Origin: an uncultured Burkholderiaceae bacterium
GTDB taxonomy: Bacteria > Pseudomonadota > Gammaproteobacteria > Burkholderiales > Burkholderiaceae_C
Reading direction: 5' to 3'
Assembly: GCA_964432095.1 (NCBI GenBank)
Contig: CAYSMM010000002.1
Location: forward strand, 1-26,234
DNA: 26,234 nucleotides
Shown: positions 7,422 through 17,631 of the stretch, piece by piece
Layout of the letters: the number at the start of each line of letters is the position of its first letter
How positions within the stretch are numbered: position 1 is the first letter of the stretch
Notes under the pieces: model-generated
The model's database searches: none
What the model was told of the DNA's origin: nothing
The model's input: the letters and a program-made list of their open reading frames with translations, nothing else
Translations under genes and position numbers: made by a program

Positions 7422-10283
7422 ATGAGTCGATTGAAGGGGCGTCAACCACGCAGGTTGACCATGTCGCCAGTGATGAAAGGTTTGATTCTGGCGTTCGGCA
7501 GCAGTAGCTTGCTGGCCGTTACTTACGCACAGCAGAGCACACAAGCTGCACCGGCAGAGCAGCAGGCACAGAAGCAAGAGCGTATCGAGGTCACAGGCTC
7601 CAGCATCCGACGTACCGATGCGGAGACCGCATCGCCGGTGCAGGTGATTACGCGTGAAGAGATTTCGCGCTCCGGCAAGCAAACGATTGCCGAAGTCATT
7701 CAAACGGTTTCGGCAAACAATCAGGGCTCGATTCCCGGCGCATTTACGGCGGGCTTTGCCTCAGGCTCTGCGGCCGTGTCGCTGCGCGGGCTAGGAGTCA
7801 ATGCCACATTGGTGTTGGTCAATGGCCGGCGCATGGCGCCTTATGGTTTGGCCGACGACGGGCAGCGCACCTTCGTCGACTTGAACGCTATTCCGCTGGA
7901 GGCTATTGAGCGTGTCGAGGTGTTGAAAGACGGCGCATCAGCGATCTATGGCTCAGACGCAATTGCCGGGGTAGTCAACATCATCTTGCGCAAAGACTAC
8001 CAGGGTGTGACGGCTGCTGCGACGCTAGGCACCTCGCAAGAAGGCGATGGCAACCTGGTGCGCGCGTCAGTGTCGGCCGGGTTCGGCAACCTGGCGCAGG
8101 AAAAGTACAACTTCAGCTTCACCATGGAAGCGGCCAAGGAAGAGCGCATCGTGCACAGCGACCGCGATGGCTACCTGGGTACCAACGACTTGCGCGCGTT
8201 TGGCTGGTACGACAATCGCCGCGGCGCTTTCGGTGCGGGGTTTGGTGCGTTCCCAGACGGCACGCCGGCTTTCAATGCTGCAACACCTTACGGCACCGTG
8301 CGCAGTGGCACCCCCAATGTCACCACTGGCCCAGGCGTGGGCTCGCCGTTTTATGACCGCGTCAACCTGAGTGCATGCCCCGAGATCAACCCGCTCACCA
8401 ACGTGTGTCTGTTCGACCCGATCAACTACGAAGAAATTCAACCGGAGACAGAGCGCTTCAACATCACCGGCCGAGGCAGCTTTCAGTTGACGCCGGATTG
8501 GCTGGCTTATACCGAACTGGGCTTCTTCACCACCAAGGTGTCGAGCCAGACCTTCCCATCGGGTGTGCGCAACGTGGGCGGTGTGTTCGACCCGCGTAAC
8601 CCTTCTGCACCTGTGCCGCAAATCACTGTGCTGCCCGCAGGGCACCCCGACAACCCGCTGGGCATCAATCGCGGGCTGTTCTATCAAACGGCAGACGTGG
8701 GCCCTCGCCGCAACGAGACGGATACGGAAGTGCAGCGCTGGGTGGCAGGGCTGCAGGGCTCGTTGCAAGAGTGGAATCTCGATGCCGGCATTGGCTATCT
8801 GGAGAGCAAGACAAAGACGACCCGCAAAGGCTTCATTCGCTTCAGCGCGCTGCAAGCAGCACTGGACAACGGCACTTATCGCATCAACAACCCTGGTTTG
8901 GTATCGCGCGAGGTGTACGACGTGATTTCGCCCGCGCTCGTCAACACCAGCAAAAGCAGCATTACCTTCATTGATGCCAAAGCCTCGCGTGACCTCATAC
9001 AGCTGCCGGGCGGTGCGTTGGCGCTGGCGCTTGGCACCGAGTACCGCGAAGAGAAAGCTGACACACCGCCAACGCCCTTTACCGAGGTGGCCGACATCAT
9101 CGGCCTGGGGTTCTCGGCTTTCAAAGCCAAGCGCGACGTGACGGCGGTGTTTGCGGAGTTGAGTGCACCAGTGCACAAGACACTGGAGCTCAACGCTGCG
9201 GTGCGCGTAGATAACTACTCCGACGTCGGCACTGCTACCACACCGAAGCTGGGGGTGAAGTTCAGCCCGGTCAGACAACTCTCGATTCGTGGCACCTATG
9301 CCGAGGCCTTCCGCGCGCCGGGGCCTGCAGAGGCCGGCGAAAGTGCATCAGCCGGCTTCACCAACATCCTCAACATCAGCGTAGGCAACCCGAACATCAA
9401 GCCCGAGAAGGCCAAGAGCACGACCCTGGGTATCATTTTCGAACCCATGCCCGGCACCAGCGCGACGCTGGATGTTTATCAAATCAAGCGTCGCAATGAG
9501 ATTTTGGGGGCTGATCAGGCATTGGTGCTGGTGCCCAACACCGGCGGGCTGGCCAACGGCAGCTTGCCAGGTGCGGTACCCGGCTCGTTCGGCTTCTATG
9601 ACGAAAACGGCGACCTCACCGCAATCTTGAGCCCATATACCAATGCCACGTTCACCAAAACCAAGGGTATCGACCTCGATCTGCGCCAGCGTTTCAACCT
9701 GGGGGACTATGGACGCCTGACCGCCGGGCTGACGCTGACGCACATCCAAAGCTTCAAGCGCTCGCTCACCGACGGCCGCGTGCTGGAGTATGCGGGCACG
9801 CATGGCCCGTTTGTGTTGAGCGCTGCAGGCGGCACACCCAAGAACAAGGCGGTGCTGTCGTTTGCTTATGACCGTGGGCCCTGGGCCGGCACGGTCAACT
9901 TCAACTACGTGAGCGGCATGAAAGCGATCGATCACGAAGGTGAGACGCTCGTGGACAATGAAGACGGCACGTACTCCACCACCACCGCAGAGGGTGCGTT
10001 CTTCAACGTCGATCCCAATGGCTTAGCCTGCGGTGTGTTTCACCCCGACGGCCGGCCGCTCAACGGCGATTGCCGCATTCCGTCGTTTACCACCGCCGAC
10101 GTATCCGTCAAGTACAGCGGCATCAAAAACCTGGAGCTGAGCTTTTCAGTGCTCAACCTGTTTGATCGCAAGGCACCGTTCGACCCCTACACCTATGGCG
10201 GTGTGAACTACAACCCAGTATTCCATCAAGCCGGTGCGGTCGGTCGTTTCTTCAACATTGGAGCACGCTACAAGTTTTACTGA
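7422..10283 (+). CDS. TonB-dependent outer-membrane receptor
   Basis: AGGAGA RBS, signal peptide, TonB box ERIEVTGSSI, plug motifs LVLVNGRR and IERVEVLKDGASAIYGSDAIAGVVNII, C-terminal ARYKFY. Confidence 0.95.
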   Translation: MSRLKGRQPRRLTMSPVMKGLILAFGSSSLLAVTYAQQSTQAAPAEQQAQKQERIEVTGSSIRRTDAETASPVQVITREEISRSGKQTIAEVIQTVSANNQGSIPGAFTAGFASGSAAVSLRGLGVNATLVLVNGRRMAPYGLADDGQRTFVDLNAIPLEAIERVEVLKDGASAIYGSDAIAGVVNIILRKDYQGVTAAATLGTSQEGDGNLVRASVSAGFGNLAQEKYNFSFTMEAAKEERIVHSDRDGYLGTNDLRAFGWYDNRRGAFGAGFGAFPDGTPAFNAATPYGTVRSGTPNVTTGPGVGSPFYDRVNLSACPEINPLTNVCLFDPINYEEIQPETERFNITGRGSFQLTPDWLAYTELGFFTTKVSSQTFPSGVRNVGGVFDPRNPSAPVPQITVLPAGHPDNPLGINRGLFYQTADVGPRRNETDTEVQRWVAGLQGSLQEWNLDAGIGYLESKTKTTRKGFIRFSALQAALDNGTYRINNPGLVSREVYDVISPALVNTSKSSITFIDAKASRDLIQLPGGALALALGTEYREEKADTPPTPFTEVADIIGLGFSAFKAKRDVTAVFAELSAPVHKTLELNAAVRVDNYSDVGTATTPKLGVKFSPVRQLSIRGTYAEAFRAPGPAEAGESASAGFTNILNISVGNPNIKPEKAKSTTLGIIFEPMPGTSATLDVYQIKRRNEILGADQALVLVPNTGGLANGSLPGAVPGSFGFYDENGDLTAILSPYTNATFTKTKGIDLDLRQRFNLGDYGRLTAGLTLTHIQSFKRSLTDGRVLEYAGTHGPFVLSAAGGTPKNKAVLSFAYDRGPWAGTVNFNYVSGMKAIDHEGETLVDNEDGTYSTTTAEGAFFNVDPNGLACGVFHPDGRPLNGDCRIPSFTTADVSVKYSGIKNLELSFSVLNLFDRKAPFDPYTYGGVNYNPVFHQAGAVGRFFNIGARYKFY

Positions 10284-10314
10284 CGTCACTCATCACTACC
10301 GCAACGCGAGACTT

Positions 10315-10349
10315 GGCCCGCAGGAGCAAGATGCCTGCTGGCTCTTTTC
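10315..10349 (+). terminator. Weak candidate terminator after the TonB receptor
   Basis: GGCC-c-GCAGG...CCTGC-t-GGCT then CTTTTC; the stem is interrupted and the U-tract is short. Confidence 0.3.
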
Positions 10350-10402
10350 ATTGCGGTGATTCACAGGTAAGCATGCAAATACCGGTCAACATCAATACTT
10401 TT

Positions 10403-10473
10403 ATACATCGGTATCTGTACAGTTTCTACTGTTTATTAATTATCTAGTAATCGGCATATAGATAGGAAAGTAT
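10403..10473 (-). repeat. 71-bp dyad-symmetric intergenic element, copy E
   Basis: Minus strand: ATAC-tttcctat-CTATA-tgccgatt-ACTAG-ataattaataa-ACAGT-agaaactg-TACAG-ataccgat-GTAT. Confidence 0.8.
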
Positions 10474-10517
10474 ACAGTATGCTGAGTGCGTCACCACTTG
10501 GCTGATGCAGCGCTTGT

Positions 10518-11447
10518 TCAGCGCTGCAAACCAAACAGGCGCTCCCCGTTGAGGTAGGCGATGCGCGCGGCCACATCGGGCGGCAGCTCACCCAGCCAGC
10601 GGCGGTACTCGGCCATCAAGTCGTCGTAGTGCTGCCAGCGCTGGTTCACCCAGGTATCGCTGCCGATCAAAAAACGATCCGCAAACTCAGTGAACAACTC
10701 GCGCCATGGTGCTGATAGTTTGCCGTCTTGTGTAAGGCCGGGCCGGTACGACAGCTCGCCCATCAGACCGGGGTGTTTGTTCAGCAGCTCGCGCACCCGC
10801 GCAACAGGTACTCCGCCAATCCCGGTGTGCGCCCAGATCACTTTGGCCTTGGGGGCGTGCGCGTACAGCAGCTCAATCGCGACGTCGTCCACATGCGCCA
10901 GCACCACCAGACCGCGCTGCTCGGCCAGCTGCATCAATTTCTTCGCCACCGGGCCGTTGGCATTGGCGCTGTCGTAGAGGTGAAACTCGCCAATGCCGCG
11001 ATACGCGCCGCTGGGTGTGCCGGTCTTCAACTCGTCGAGCACCCTCTGGTAAATCGTCTCGTCGCGAAACCAGTTGCTGTAATCCGCACGGTTACGGTAC
11101 AGCCGCACGAAGGGCACCACCGTCACGCTGGCAGCGCGCGTCTCGGCCGTCGCGCTGGCCAAAATCTTGGTACCGTCGTTGGGGCGGCTGTTGGCAACGA
11201 TGGCGCGCACCTCGTTGCGCTGGAACTTGGCCAGCACATCGGGCAGAGGGTGTGCGGTGAGTGCGTCGTCGTTGTAGTGCAGGTGCGCGTCGAACAACGG
11301 GCCGCGATACGAACCCGCATCGCCCGCTGAGCCTTGGGCCACGATCAAGCCTGATGCGCAGGCTATGACGACAGCCATGATGCCGGCACGCAGAGCTGGG
11401 TCAATCAGGATTAGGCGCATCTGAAGATTGTGCGCCGAGTGATTCAT
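10518..11447 (-). CDS. Amidohydrolase-superfamily (TatD-like TIM barrel) protein, probably exported; start uncertain (11447 or later)
   Basis: Metal ligands DAHLH, IGEFH, LAHVD, WAHTG, GSDTW; hydrophobic N-terminal segment. Confidence 0.85.
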   Translation of the reverse strand: MNHSAHNLQMRLILIDPALRAGIMAVVIACASGLIVAQGSAGDAGSYRGPLFDAHLHYNDDALTAHPLPDVLAKFQRNEVRAIVANSRPNDGTKILASATAETRAASVTVVPFVRLYRNRADYSNWFRDETIYQRVLDELKTGTPSGAYRGIGEFHLYDSANANGPVAKKLMQLAEQRGLVVLAHVDDVAIELLYAHAPKAKVIWAHTGIGGVPVARVRELLNKHPGLMGELSYRPGLTQDGKLSAPWRELFTEFADRFLIGSDTWVNQRWQHYDDLMAEYRRWLGELPPDVAARIAYLNGERLFGLQR

Positions 11448-11465
11448 CTACGCTATGGTAGAGAG

Positions 11466-11536
11466 ATACAGCATTATGTATATATGCTTTACCGGTTTAT
11501 GGCAAAGCAGAGAGGTGCATATAGACACAACAGTAT
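11466..11536 (+). repeat. 71-bp dyad-symmetric intergenic element, copy F
   Basis: ATAC-agcattat-GTATA-tatgcttt-ACCGG-tttatggcaaa-GCAGA-gaggtgca-TATAG-acacaaca-GTAT. Confidence 0.85.
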
Positions 11537-11555
11537 ATTGATGCTGATTGTGCAG

Positions 11556-14495
11556 TCACTTATTCAGCATTCCCTCAAAGCCTATGAGTTCGCCAGTGGC
11601 GCTGCCTTCACCCGCTGCTTTGCGTGCCTTGCCTTTGGCCTTGGGGGATGCCGCAGGTACGCTTGCGCCGTCCAGCACACGCGCCAAAAAATACCCGGTG
11701 TGGCTGGTGGCGTGTGCAGCCACTTCTTCAGGTGTGCCGGCCACCACAACTTGCCCGCCGCCGGCGCCGCCCTCGGGCCCCATGTCGATGATCCAGTCTG
11801 CGGTTTTAATGACGTCGAGGTTGTGCTCGATCACCACGATGGTGTTGCCGTGGTCGCGCAGCGTGTGCAGCACCTTGAGCAACAGCTCGATGTCGGCAAA
11901 GTGCAGCCCGGTGGTGGGTTCGTCGAGGATGTAGAGCGTGCGGCCGGTGTCGCGCTTGGACAGCTCCAGCGCCAGCTTCACGCGTTGCGCCTCGCCGCCC
12001 GACAAGGTAGTGGCGCTTTGCCCGAGCTTCACATAGCCCAGGCCTACATCCATCAGCGTTTGCAGCTTCTTGTTGATGGCGGGCACGCTCTCAAAAAACG
12101 CGAGCGCAGCCTCCACCGTCATGTCCAGCACTTCGCTGATGTTTTTGCCCTTGTACAAAATCTCCAGCGTTTCGCGGTTGTAGCGCTTGCCGTGGCACAC
12201 ATCGCAGGGCACGTACATGTCAGCCAGAAAATGCATCTCCACTTTGATGACGCCGTCGCCCTGGCAATGCTCGCAGCGCCCGCCCGACACGTTGAACGAA
12301 AAACGCCCCGCGCTGTAGCCTCGCTCGCGCGCTGCGGGCACTTGCGCGAACAAGTCACGTATCGGCGTGAACAGCCCGGTGTAGGTAGCCGGGTTGCTGC
12401 GCGGCGTGCGGCCAATCGGCGATTGATCGACGTTGATCACCTTGTCGAACTGATCCATCCCGTCGATATGCTCATGCTTGGCGGGCTCGGCATGGCTGCC
12501 GTAAATCTGCTTGGCCGCGGCGTTGTACAGCGTATCGTTCATCAGCGTGCTCTTGCCCGAGCCGCTGACGCCCGTGACGCAGGTGAACAGTCCCACGGGA
12601 ATGCGCGCCGTCACATCGCGCAGGTTATTGCCGCTGGCCTTGTCGATGCTCAACCACTTGCCGCTGTGGGCGGTGCGCAGCTTGGGCAGGCCGATGCGGC
12701 GCTTGTGGGCCAGGTATTGCCCGGTGAGCGATGAATCCGTGGCGGCCACCTCGCTCGGCGTGCCTTGCGCCAGCACCCAGCCGCCGTGCACGCCCGCACC
12801 GGGGCCGAGGTCGATCACATGATCTGCCGCGCGAATGGCGTCTTCGTCATGCTCCACCACCAGCACGCTGTTGCCCAGATCGCGCAGGTGTTTGAGTGTG
12901 CCGATCAACCTGTCGTTGTCGCGCTGATGCAGACCGATGGACGGCTCGTCGAGCACATACATCACGCCTGTCAGGCCGCTGCCGATTTGCGACGCCAAAC
13001 GGATACGCTGCGACTCGCCGCCGCTCAAGGTGTCGGCACTACGGTCGAGCGACAAATAATCCAGCCCCACGTTGTTGAGAAAGGTCAGGCGTGAGGTGAT
13101 CTCACGCACGATCTTCTCGCCGATCTCGGCCTTCGCGCCGCTGAGCTTGAGCTCGCTGAACCAACGATGCGTTTCACGCAGCGGCCAATGGCTCAACTCG
13201 TAAATCGGCCTGGACTGTGCACCTTCACCCAGCCGCACATGCCGCGCCTCGCGCTTTAAGCGCGTGCCCTGGCAGTCTGGGCATGGCGAGACTGCCCAGT
13301 AGCGCGCCAGCTCCTCACGCACCGCCAGGCTGTCGGTTTCGCGCCAACGCCGCTCGATGTTGGGAATGACGCCTTCAAACGCATGCTTGCGGATGACGGA
13401 CTTGCTCTTCTCGGTGAGGTAGCTGAAGGCAATCTGCTCGTCGCCGCTGCCGTGCAGCACCGTGCGCTGCACCTTGGTTGGCAGGCTTTCAAACGGCTGC
13501 TCCACGTCAAAGCCGTAGTGCTGCGCCAGCGAGTTGATGAGCGAGAAGTAATACAGATTACGCCGGTCCCAGCCGCGAATGGCGCCACTGGCCAGCGACA
13601 GCTCGGGGTGTGCCACCACGCGCGCTACATCGATCACATCCACATGGCCCAGCCCGTCGCAGGTGGGGCAGGCGCCTGCCGGGTTGTTGAACGAGAACAA
13701 TCGCGGCTCGAGCTCGGCCAGGCTCCAGCCGCACACCGGGCAGGCAAACTTGTTGCTGAATACCTGCTCGGACTGCGTGTCCACGTCCACCGTCAGCGCC
13801 TTGCCGTCGGCCAGGCGCAGCGAGGCCTCGAAACTCTCGGCCAGCCGCTGCTTGATGCCAGCCGACACCTTCACACGGTCGATCACCACGTCGATGTCAT
13901 GCTTGTCGTTCTTGCGCAGCACCGGCAGCTCGGCGGTCTCGACCACCTTGCCGTTGACACGAAAGCGCACATAGCCCTGCGCCTGCATCTGCTCAAACAA
14001 ATCCTGGTGCTCGCCTTTACGGCTGCGCACCACGGGCGCCAGAATCATCAGCTTGGTGTCTGCGGGCAGCGCCAGCACGGCGTCGACCATCTGGCTCACG
14101 CTTTGCGCGCGCAGCGCCTCATGCGGGTGGTCAGGGCAGTAGGGCGTGCCCACGCGCGCGTAAAGCAGGCGCAGGTAATCGTGAATCTCGGTGACCGTGC
14201 CCACCGTCGAGCGCGGGTTGTGCGAGGTGGCCTTTTGCTCGATGCTGATGGCTGGCGACAAGCCCTCGATCACGTCCACGTCGGGCTTTTCCATCAACTG
14301 CAAAAACTGCCGCGCATAGGCCGACAGCGACTCCACATAACGCCGCTGGCCCTCGGCATACAGCGTGTCAAACGCCAGCGACGACTTTCCGCTGCCGCTC
14401 AAGCCGGTGATCACCACAAGCTGGTTGCGCGGAATGTCCAGCGATATGTTTTTGAGGTTGTGCGTGCGTGCGCCGCGAACCTTGATGAAATCCAT
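11556..14495 (-). CDS. uvrA: Excinuclease ABC subunit A
   Basis: [17 protein letters not shown], two Walker A motifs ([16 protein letters not shown]), LSGGE signatures, Zn-finger CxxC pairs; start moved to 14495. Confidence 0.98.
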   Translation of the reverse strand: MDFIKVRGARTHNLKNISLDIPRNQLVVITGLSGSGKSSLAFDTLYAEGQRRYVESLSAYARQFLQLMEKPDVDVIEGLSPAISIEQKATSHNPRSTVGTVTEIHDYLRLLYARVGTPYCPDHPHEALRAQSVSQMVDAVLALPADTKLMILAPVVRSRKGEHQDLFEQMQAQGYVRFRVNGKVVETAELPVLRKNDKHDIDVVIDRVKVSAGIKQRLAESFEASLRLADGKALTVDVDTQSEQVFSNKFACPVCGWSLAELEPRLFSFNNPAGACPTCDGLGHVDVIDVARVVAHPELSLASGAIRGWDRRNLYYFSLINSLAQHYGFDVEQPFESLPTKVQRTVLHGSGDEQIAFSYLTEKSKSVIRKHAFEGVIPNIERRWRETDSLAVREELARYWAVSPCPDCQGTRLKREARHVRLGEGAQSRPIYELSHWPLRETHRWFSELKLSGAKAEIGEKIVREITSRLTFLNNVGLDYLSLDRSADTLSGGESQRIRLASQIGSGLTGVMYVLDEPSIGLHQRDNDRLIGTLKHLRDLGNSVLVVEHDEDAIRAADHVIDLGPGAGVHGGWVLAQGTPSEVAATDSSLTGQYLAHKRRIGLPKLRTAHSGKWLSIDKASGNNLRDVTARIPVGLFTCVTGVSGSGKSTLMNDTLYNAAAKQIYGSHAEPAKHEHIDGMDQFDKVINVDQSPIGRTPRSNPATYTGLFTPIRDLFAQVPAARERGYSAGRFSFNVSGGRCEHCQGDGVIKVEMHFLADMYVPCDVCHGKRYNRETLEILYKGKNISEVLDMTVEAALAFFESVPAINKKLQTLMDVGLGYVKLGQSATTLSGGEAQRVKLALELSKRDTGRTLYILDEPTTGLHFADIELLLKVLHTLRDHGNTIVVIEHNLDVIKTADWIIDMGPEGGAGGGQVVVAGTPEEVAAHATSHTGYFLARVLDGASVPAASPKAKGKARKAAGEGSATGELIGFEGMLNK

Positions 14496-14654
14496 GCGTC
14501 GTAGTCGGTATGGTTTTGCCGGGCCGGGTAAATGGCATCCCTTGCACGCGGCGGGCAGCGAGGGCCTAGGCACGCGCGGCGCAGGTAAACTCTCAAGTTT
14601 ACTCTTGCCGCATTGCCGCCTCCATGCTGCTGCTGCGGGCAAACTCCCCTCGCC

Positions 14655-15890
14655 ATGAACACACCTGCCAACCCGCCTTTATCAGACACGCACCGCATGA
14701 CGCCGCTGGAGCTGCGGGCGGCGGGCTGGCTGTCGTCGATTTTTGCGCTGCGCATGCTGGGCTTGTTCCTCATCCTGCCGGTGTTTGCGATCCATGCGAA
14801 AAACCTGCCCGGGGGTGATGATTTGTTCTGGGTCGGCGTGGCCATGGGCATTTACGGCCTCACGCAGGGCGTGCTGCAAATTCCGTTTGGCTTGGCCAGT
14901 GACCGTTTTGGCCGCAAGCGCGTCATCATCATCGGCCTGCTGATTTTTGCTGCCGGCTCGGTGATAGCCGCGCTGGCGCAAACCGTGTGGATGGTGATTC
15001 TGGGCCGCGCGGTGCAGGGCGCGGGCGCAATTTCGGCAGCGGTCAGCGCGATGATTGCCGACAGCACGCGCGACACGGTGCGCACCAAAGCCATGGCCAT
15101 GCTGGGCAGCATGATCGGCCTGACGTTTGCGCTGTCGCTCATCTTGTCGCCGATGCTGGTCAGTGCCCTTGGCGTGGCCGGCCTGTTCTGGCTGACGGCA
15201 GCGCTATGTGTGGCAGGCATAGCCGTCATGCTGTGGGCCGTGCCCGACGCACCCCAAGCCACCGAGATGGTGGACGCGCGCATCACCTGGCAGCACGTCG
15301 TGTTGATGCCCGACCTGCTGCGCTTGAATGTGGGCATGTTTACGCTGCATGTGGTGCAAATGGCGCTGTTCGTGGCCGTGCCCGTGGCGCTCTTCAAGCA
15401 TGCCAACCTGCCGCTGGCTGCGCACTGGCAGGTGTACCTTCCGGTGGTGCTGTTGAGTTTTGTGGCCATGATGCCGCCGCTCATCTGGGCCGAGAAGCGC
15501 GGCCAACTGCGCGTGGTGTTTCTCTCATCCATAGCGCTGCTGCTGCTCACCTTGCTGCTACTGGCGCAAACCTATCGCACTGCCTGGCTGCTCATCGCTG
15601 GCTTGTGGCTGTTTTTCGTGGCGTTCAACATACTCGAGGCGTTGATCCCGTCGCTGGTGTCGCGCCACGCCCCGGCGGGCCGACGTGGCTTGGCCCTGGG
15701 CGTGTACAACACCACCCAGGCGCTGGGCTTGTTTGTCGGCGGCGCTGTCGGCGGCAAGCTCGCGCAGTCGATGGGCTACGGCCACATGTTTATGGCCTGC
15801 GCCGGGCTTACGGCGCTGTGGCTTATCATTGCCTGGCGCATGCAGCCGCCGCCCGCAAGGCAAGTGGCGGTAAGCGCGCAACCCGCATAG
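14655..15890 (+). CDS. MFS transporter (YajR-like)
   Basis: MTPLELRA...[27 protein letters not shown] motif A, about 12 TM helices; start at 14655 or 14697. Confidence 0.9.
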   Translation: MNTPANPPLSDTHRMTPLELRAAGWLSSIFALRMLGLFLILPVFAIHAKNLPGGDDLFWVGVAMGIYGLTQGVLQIPFGLASDRFGRKRVIIIGLLIFAAGSVIAALAQTVWMVILGRAVQGAGAISAAVSAMIADSTRDTVRTKAMAMLGSMIGLTFALSLILSPMLVSALGVAGLFWLTAALCVAGIAVMLWAVPDAPQATEMVDARITWQHVVLMPDLLRLNVGMFTLHVVQMALFVAVPVALFKHANLPLAAHWQVYLPVVLLSFVAMMPPLIWAEKRGQLRVVFLSSIALLLLTLLLLAQTYRTAWLLIAGLWLFFVAFNILEALIPSLVSRHAPAGRRGLALGVYNTTQALGLFVGGAVGGKLAQSMGYGHMFMACAGLTALWLIIAWRMQPPPARQVAVSAQPA

Positions 15891-15977
15891 TTTTCAGGCA
15901 TTACTTTGCACCCAAATCATTATCAAACGAGTTGCAGCGGTCGGCAGACGCTGTGGTACTAAGCCAAGGAGCATCAC

Positions 15978-16448
15978 ATGGCATCGGTCAACAAAGTCAT
16001 CATCATGGGCAACTGCGGGCGCGACCCCGAAGTGCGCTACACCCCAAGCGGCGCGGCCATTTGCAACGTGAGTGTGGCCACGTCGAGCAAGCGCAAAGAT
16101 AAAAACACCGGCGAGACGATCGAAGACACGCAGTGGCACCGCGTCACGTTTTACGACCGGCTGGCCGAGATTGCGGGCGAGTACCTCAAGAAGGGCCGCC
16201 CGGTGTATGTGGAAGGCCGCCTGAAGTACGGCAAATACACTGACAAAGACGGCATCGAACGCAACACAGTCGATATCGTCGCCACCGAGATGCAACTGCT
16301 CGGCGGCCGTGAGGGTGGCAGCGCGCCGTCAGACGATGCTGGCTACTCACGCGCACCCGCGCCTGCCGTAGCGGCCAAGAAGCCTGCAGCGGCGGCCAGC
16401 AAACCCGCGACGGGGTTTGATGATATGGACGACGATATTCCGTTCTAA
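15978..16448 (+). CDS. ssb: Single-stranded DNA-binding protein
   Basis: MASVNKVII.GN.GRDPEVRY, WHRV.FY.RLAEIAGEYLKKG, C-terminal DDDIPF; AAGGAG RBS. Confidence 0.98.
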   Translation: MASVNKVIIMGNCGRDPEVRYTPSGAAICNVSVATSSKRKDKNTGETIEDTQWHRVTFYDRLAEIAGEYLKKGRPVYVEGRLKYGKYTDKDGIERNTVDIVATEMQLLGGREGGSAPSDDAGYSRAPAPAVAAKKPAAAASKPATGFDDMDDDIPF

Positions 16449-16465
16449 AGAATCCATAAAGATTG

Positions 16466-16536
16466 ATACTCATTGGTGTAACATGCCGTTTCTGGTTATT
16501 GAGAAACCAGTAAACGGCTTATACACTGTAATGTAT
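16466..16536 (-). repeat. 71-bp dyad-symmetric intergenic element, copy G
   Basis: Minus strand: ATAC-attacagt-GTATA-agccgttt-ACTGG-tttctcaataa-CCAGA-aacggcat-GTTAC-accaatga-GTAT. Confidence 0.85.
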
Positions 16537-16624
16537 AAGTCTAATCGGCATGTCATCATCGTCCTGGCGTCGTGACAGGCGCATGGAGTTCTGGCCAAGG
16601 CCAGGTTATCGAGGCCATTAACAC

Positions 16625-17551
16625 CTAAATCGTAGCTGCCCGCCGATGCAGCTTGCCTTGCGCATCCACCGCCAGATACGCCACGCCGAGCGTGTTGAGG
16701 TAGTCGAGCGCGGCGCTCTCCTTGAGCATGGCAATGGTGGTGATGGCGCCTGCGATGAGGGCGTGCGATGCCAGCACGCTGACGCTTTGCCATGCGCGTA
16801 CCGGCCAGCCGGTGTGCGGGTTGAGAATGTGGCAGTAACGTTGGCCGTCCAGCTCAAAGTAGCGCTCGTAGTCGCCGCTGGTGGCCAGTGCGCCCTGCGC
16901 CACGGGCAGTGAGGCGATCACCTCGTCTGCCTTACGCGGGTGCGCGATGGCAATCAGCCACGGTGTGCCGTCAGACTTGGGCCCGATCACGCGTACATCG
17001 CCGCCGAGGTTGACAAAGCCATGTGCAATGCCGTGCTGCTGCAGTATGGTGGCGGAGCGGTCGGCGGCATATTCTTTGCCGAAGCCGCCAAAGTCGATTT
17101 GCATGCCGACCTCGGGCAGTGCAATGCGGCGGTGGTCCGCGTCCCATTGCACCTGTGGCCAACCGATGAGGCGCAGCACCTCATCGATCTGGTTTTGCGC
17201 AGGCACACGCCGGGCTTGAAAGTCCCACACACGGCGCAGCACGCCGGAGGTAATGTCGAACAGCCCGCCGCTTTGCGCATGCAGTTGCGCTGCGAGGGTG
17301 AGCAGTTGCGCGCATTCCTCAGTCACCTCCACGGCCTGGCCGCTGCCGGCAGAAGCATTGATGCGGCTGACGATGCTGTCCGCACGGTAACGCGAGTAGG
17401 TGGACTCGATACGCTGCACTTCGGCCATTGCCAGCTGTGCCGCAGCCTGTGCCGCAGCTTCGCTGACACCGGCAATGCGTAATTCGCAACGCGACGCCAT
17501 GGCGGTGAACTCAAAGCCCAGGCTGTCGGTTTCAATATGCGCGCTTGTCAT
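16625..17551 (-). CDS. apbE: FAD:protein FMN transferase (ApbE family)
   Basis: F.AMASRCEL, S.YRADS.VSRIN, GLFDIT, DFGGFGKEYAAD, NLGGD, ATSGDYER, HILNPHTGWP; no lipoprotein signal seen; start uncertain (17551 or 17500). Confidence 0.92.
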   Translation of the reverse strand: MTSAHIETDSLGFEFTAMASRCELRIAGVSEAAAQAAAQLAMAEVQRIESTYSRYRADSIVSRINASAGSGQAVEVTEECAQLLTLAAQLHAQSGGLFDITSGVLRRVWDFQARRVPAQNQIDEVLRLIGWPQVQWDADHRRIALPEVGMQIDFGGFGKEYAADRSATILQQHGIAHGFVNLGGDVRVIGPKSDGTPWLIAIAHPRKADEVIASLPVAQGALATSGDYERYFELDGQRYCHILNPHTGWPVRAWQSVSVLASHALIAGAITTIAMLKESAALDYLNTLGVAYLAVDAQGKLHRRAATI

Positions 17552-17631
17552 GCACGGGAGTGTCGCAGATCGCCTGACAGTGTTGTACAAATCGTCACGC
17601 CCGCGGCGTGGCGCTGCTGCACAATCAGTGG

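Noticed and set aside
11556-11670. Basic low-complexity C-terminal extension of UvrA
   Set aside because: Variable Lys/Ala-rich tails are common in betaproteobacterial UvrA, and no distinct domain is visible.
8067-14504. Long antisense ORFs (8067-9278, 11430-12734, 13383-14504) and similar ones elsewhere
   Set aside because: These are shadow frames of real genes, expected in high-GC DNA, and show no family motifs.
14496-15977. SOS box upstream of uvrA or ssb
   Set aside because: No CTG-N10-CAG was found in either intergenic region.
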